Source: a virus (lineage: Duplodnaviria > Heunggongvirae > Uroviricota > Caudoviricetes). Taken from it: a DNA stretch of 10,407 nucleotides. Positions 9,147-10,407 of this stretch are shown here, piece by piece. Position 1 is the stretch's first letter. Every line of letters begins with the position of its first letter. The translations under genes and the position numbers were made by a program. The DNA lies in IMG/VR virus record IMGVR_UViG_2563366840_000004. The stretch is one strand, 5' to 3'. Below the pieces are notes generated by a model. The model did not search any database and was not told where the DNA came from. It was given only the letters and a program-made list of their open reading frames with translations.

Positions 9147-9171
9147 TCACCCCGTCCGCAGGGCGGGGTGA
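9147..9171 (+). terminator. GC-rich stem-loop (11-bp stem, 3-nt loop) in the intergenic region; candidate intrinsic terminator/attenuator or RNA stability element
   Basis: TCACCCCGTCC-GCA-GGGCGGGGTGA, with one G.U pair in the RNA stem, followed on the + strand by a moderately U-rich tract (CAAGUUACUUAUCUUAC). Flanked by a GTGACAA direct repeat at 9140-9146 and 9168-9174. Confidence 0.45.
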
Positions 9172-9221
9172 CAAGTTACTTATCTTACAATGAGGCTTCA
9201 CAACATTGATTAGGGAAAATC

Positions 9222-9656
9222 ATGTCTGACGTCTCAACAAACCTCTATAAGAGTCAGTTGTTGGACTATTACTATCAGCGGCGCGCTGAATCGTCCATTA
9301 ACAAAGGCTCTCGATTTTTAATCAGCAAGGCCGTTTTTGGTACCAGTTCACTGGTTACTAAGAAAGGAGATGGCACTTATGAGATTGGAGAACTGCCTAA
9401 GGCTTTCGATCTGGCAGAACTGACCAGTCAATTTTGCACCATCAACCTCGTCCCAACCTACTCAGGCGGGATAATTACTGTCCGAATGGACCTTGATCAA
9501 AGTCAGTTGCAGGAAGGGAAAAACTACCCATTCAACACTCTGGTTGTTCTGGATAACGAGAATAAGCCAATCGCCATTATTTGTGTCCAGGAAGACTCGC
9601 TGTATGTGGGCAAAACATATACCGCAGTTATGGCCATAAACTCGACTACAGCATAA
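9222..9656 (+). CDS. Small tail-fibre-associated protein (R-like position), 144 aa
   Basis: ATG 9222 with AGGGA upstream; its stop overlaps the RBS (TAAGGA) of the tail-fibre gene. A small gene immediately before the tail-fibre gene, as for gene R in the P1 and Mu R-S-U operons (from memory). Confidence 0.65.
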   Translation: MSDVSTNLYKSQLLDYYYQRRAESSINKGSRFLISKAVFGTSSLVTKKGDGTYEIGELPKAFDLAELTSQFCTINLVPTYSGGIITVRMDLDQSQLQEGKNYPFNTLVVLDNENKPIAIICVQEDSLYVGKTYTAVMAINSTTA

Positions 9657-9667
9657 GGATATGCTTG

Positions 9668-10407
9668 ATGAATGACGTTACAGTTGTTACATCGGTTACT
9701 TACCCATCACCCGAGTCGTTGGCTCTGGTGGCTGATGTGCAATACCACGAACCATATCTGTCAGCCGCTCTAAACCGAAAATTCAGGGGAATTGTTGACC
9801 CGGGATTTTATGCTGGTTTCTTGCCTAAGCCTGGCGGTGGGATGAACCTGTTAATCACCTCAGTGGATGGAGATAAAACCGCTGGCGCGGCGTCAGTGGA
9901 TATTGGTGAATTCTACCAGGTAACTATTCAGCATCGTAAGGATATCTCTCTTGCACTTAACGCAGGCAAGAAATATGCAATTGTGCTGAAGGGAAGATAC
10001 CTTCTTGGAGAAGATACCTATCAGGTGAATACCGCGTCACATATTCATGCAGCTGAATTTGTTGCCAGAACCTATACCGATTCATATCAGTTAGGTGATG
10101 GGGAACTGCTGGTTTGTACGGTGAATATCCCTGCTGGCGTATCTACCATTACTCAAGAGATGATTGATACATCCGAGCGTATCAACCGCACGATCGGCAT
10201 TGATATTTCAGACTCTGTAACCAGTACCAGAAGTGATGTTGCTGCGAGTTCGCTGGCAGTTAAAAAAGCCTACGATCTGGCGAAAAGCAAGTATACGGCG
10301 CAGGATGCAAGCACAACGCAAAAGGGATTAGTTCAGCTCAGTAGTGCCACTAACAGCACGTCTGAAGTGCTGGCCGCCACACCGAAAGCTGTCAAGGCTG
10401 CATATGA
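9668..10407 (+). CDS. S: Tail fibre protein, N-terminal constant part (3' end beyond window)
   Basis: ATG 9668, open to the window end. The translation ends ...KKAYDLAKSKYTAQDASTTQKGLVQLSSATNSTSEVLAATPKAVKAAY, the conserved collar motif of P2 H / Mu S / P1 S / lambdoid Stf tail fibres. The symbol S assumes P1/Mu-type context. Confidence 0.85.
   Translation, partial: MNDVTVVTSVTYPSPESLALVADVQYHEPYLSAALNRKFRGIVDPGFYAGFLPKPGGGMNLLITSVDGDKTAGAASVDIGEFYQVTIQHRKDISLALNAGKKYAIVLKGRYLLGEDTYQVNTASHIHAAEFVARTYTDSYQLGDGELLVCTVNIPAGVSTITQEMIDTSERINRTIGIDISDSVTSTRSDVAASSLAVKKAYDLAKSKYTAQDASTTQKGLVQLSSATNSTSEVLAATPKAVKAAY

Noticed and set aside
9674-9700. Clustered GTTAC motifs at the 5' end of the tail-fibre gene (cgttacagttgttacatcggttac)
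   Set aside because: Best explained by repeated Val-Thr codons (DVTVVTSVTY); no dyad symmetry or intergenic context to suggest a binding site.

Overview
The window holds a complete IS1 insertion sequence (96-863) followed by a single, tightly packed + strand operon of phage tail and baseplate morphogenesis genes. IS1 has intact insA and insB, the A6C -1 frameshift motif and imperfect 23-bp terminal inverted repeats, but no flanking target-site duplication. The operon runs: three short uncharacterised ORFs (963-3047); a 1130-aa tape-measure/injection-type protein with a basic N-terminus, a glycine-rich hydrophobic segment and a lytic transglycosylase (SLT) domain (3129-6521); a gp25/GpW-like wedge protein; a baseplate-J-like protein; a further baseplate protein; a small R-like protein; and the 5' part of a tail-fibre gene that runs off the window. 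Gene order, sizes and the IS1 adjacency most resemble the IS1 / sit / baseplate / R-S tail-fibre late region of phage-plasmid P1 or a close relative; this is from memory of the P1 map and cannot be verified here. No rRNA, tRNA, CRISPR array or obvious defence system is visible. Minus-strand ORFs in the track all lie antisense inside well-supported + strand genes and are treated as spurious. I found no convincing evidence of a novel system; the unexplained items are the three ORFs between IS1 and the large gene, two strong inverted repeats in the only sizeable intergenic regions, the missing IS1 target duplication, and a short alternative-frame extension at the end of the 293-aa ORF.
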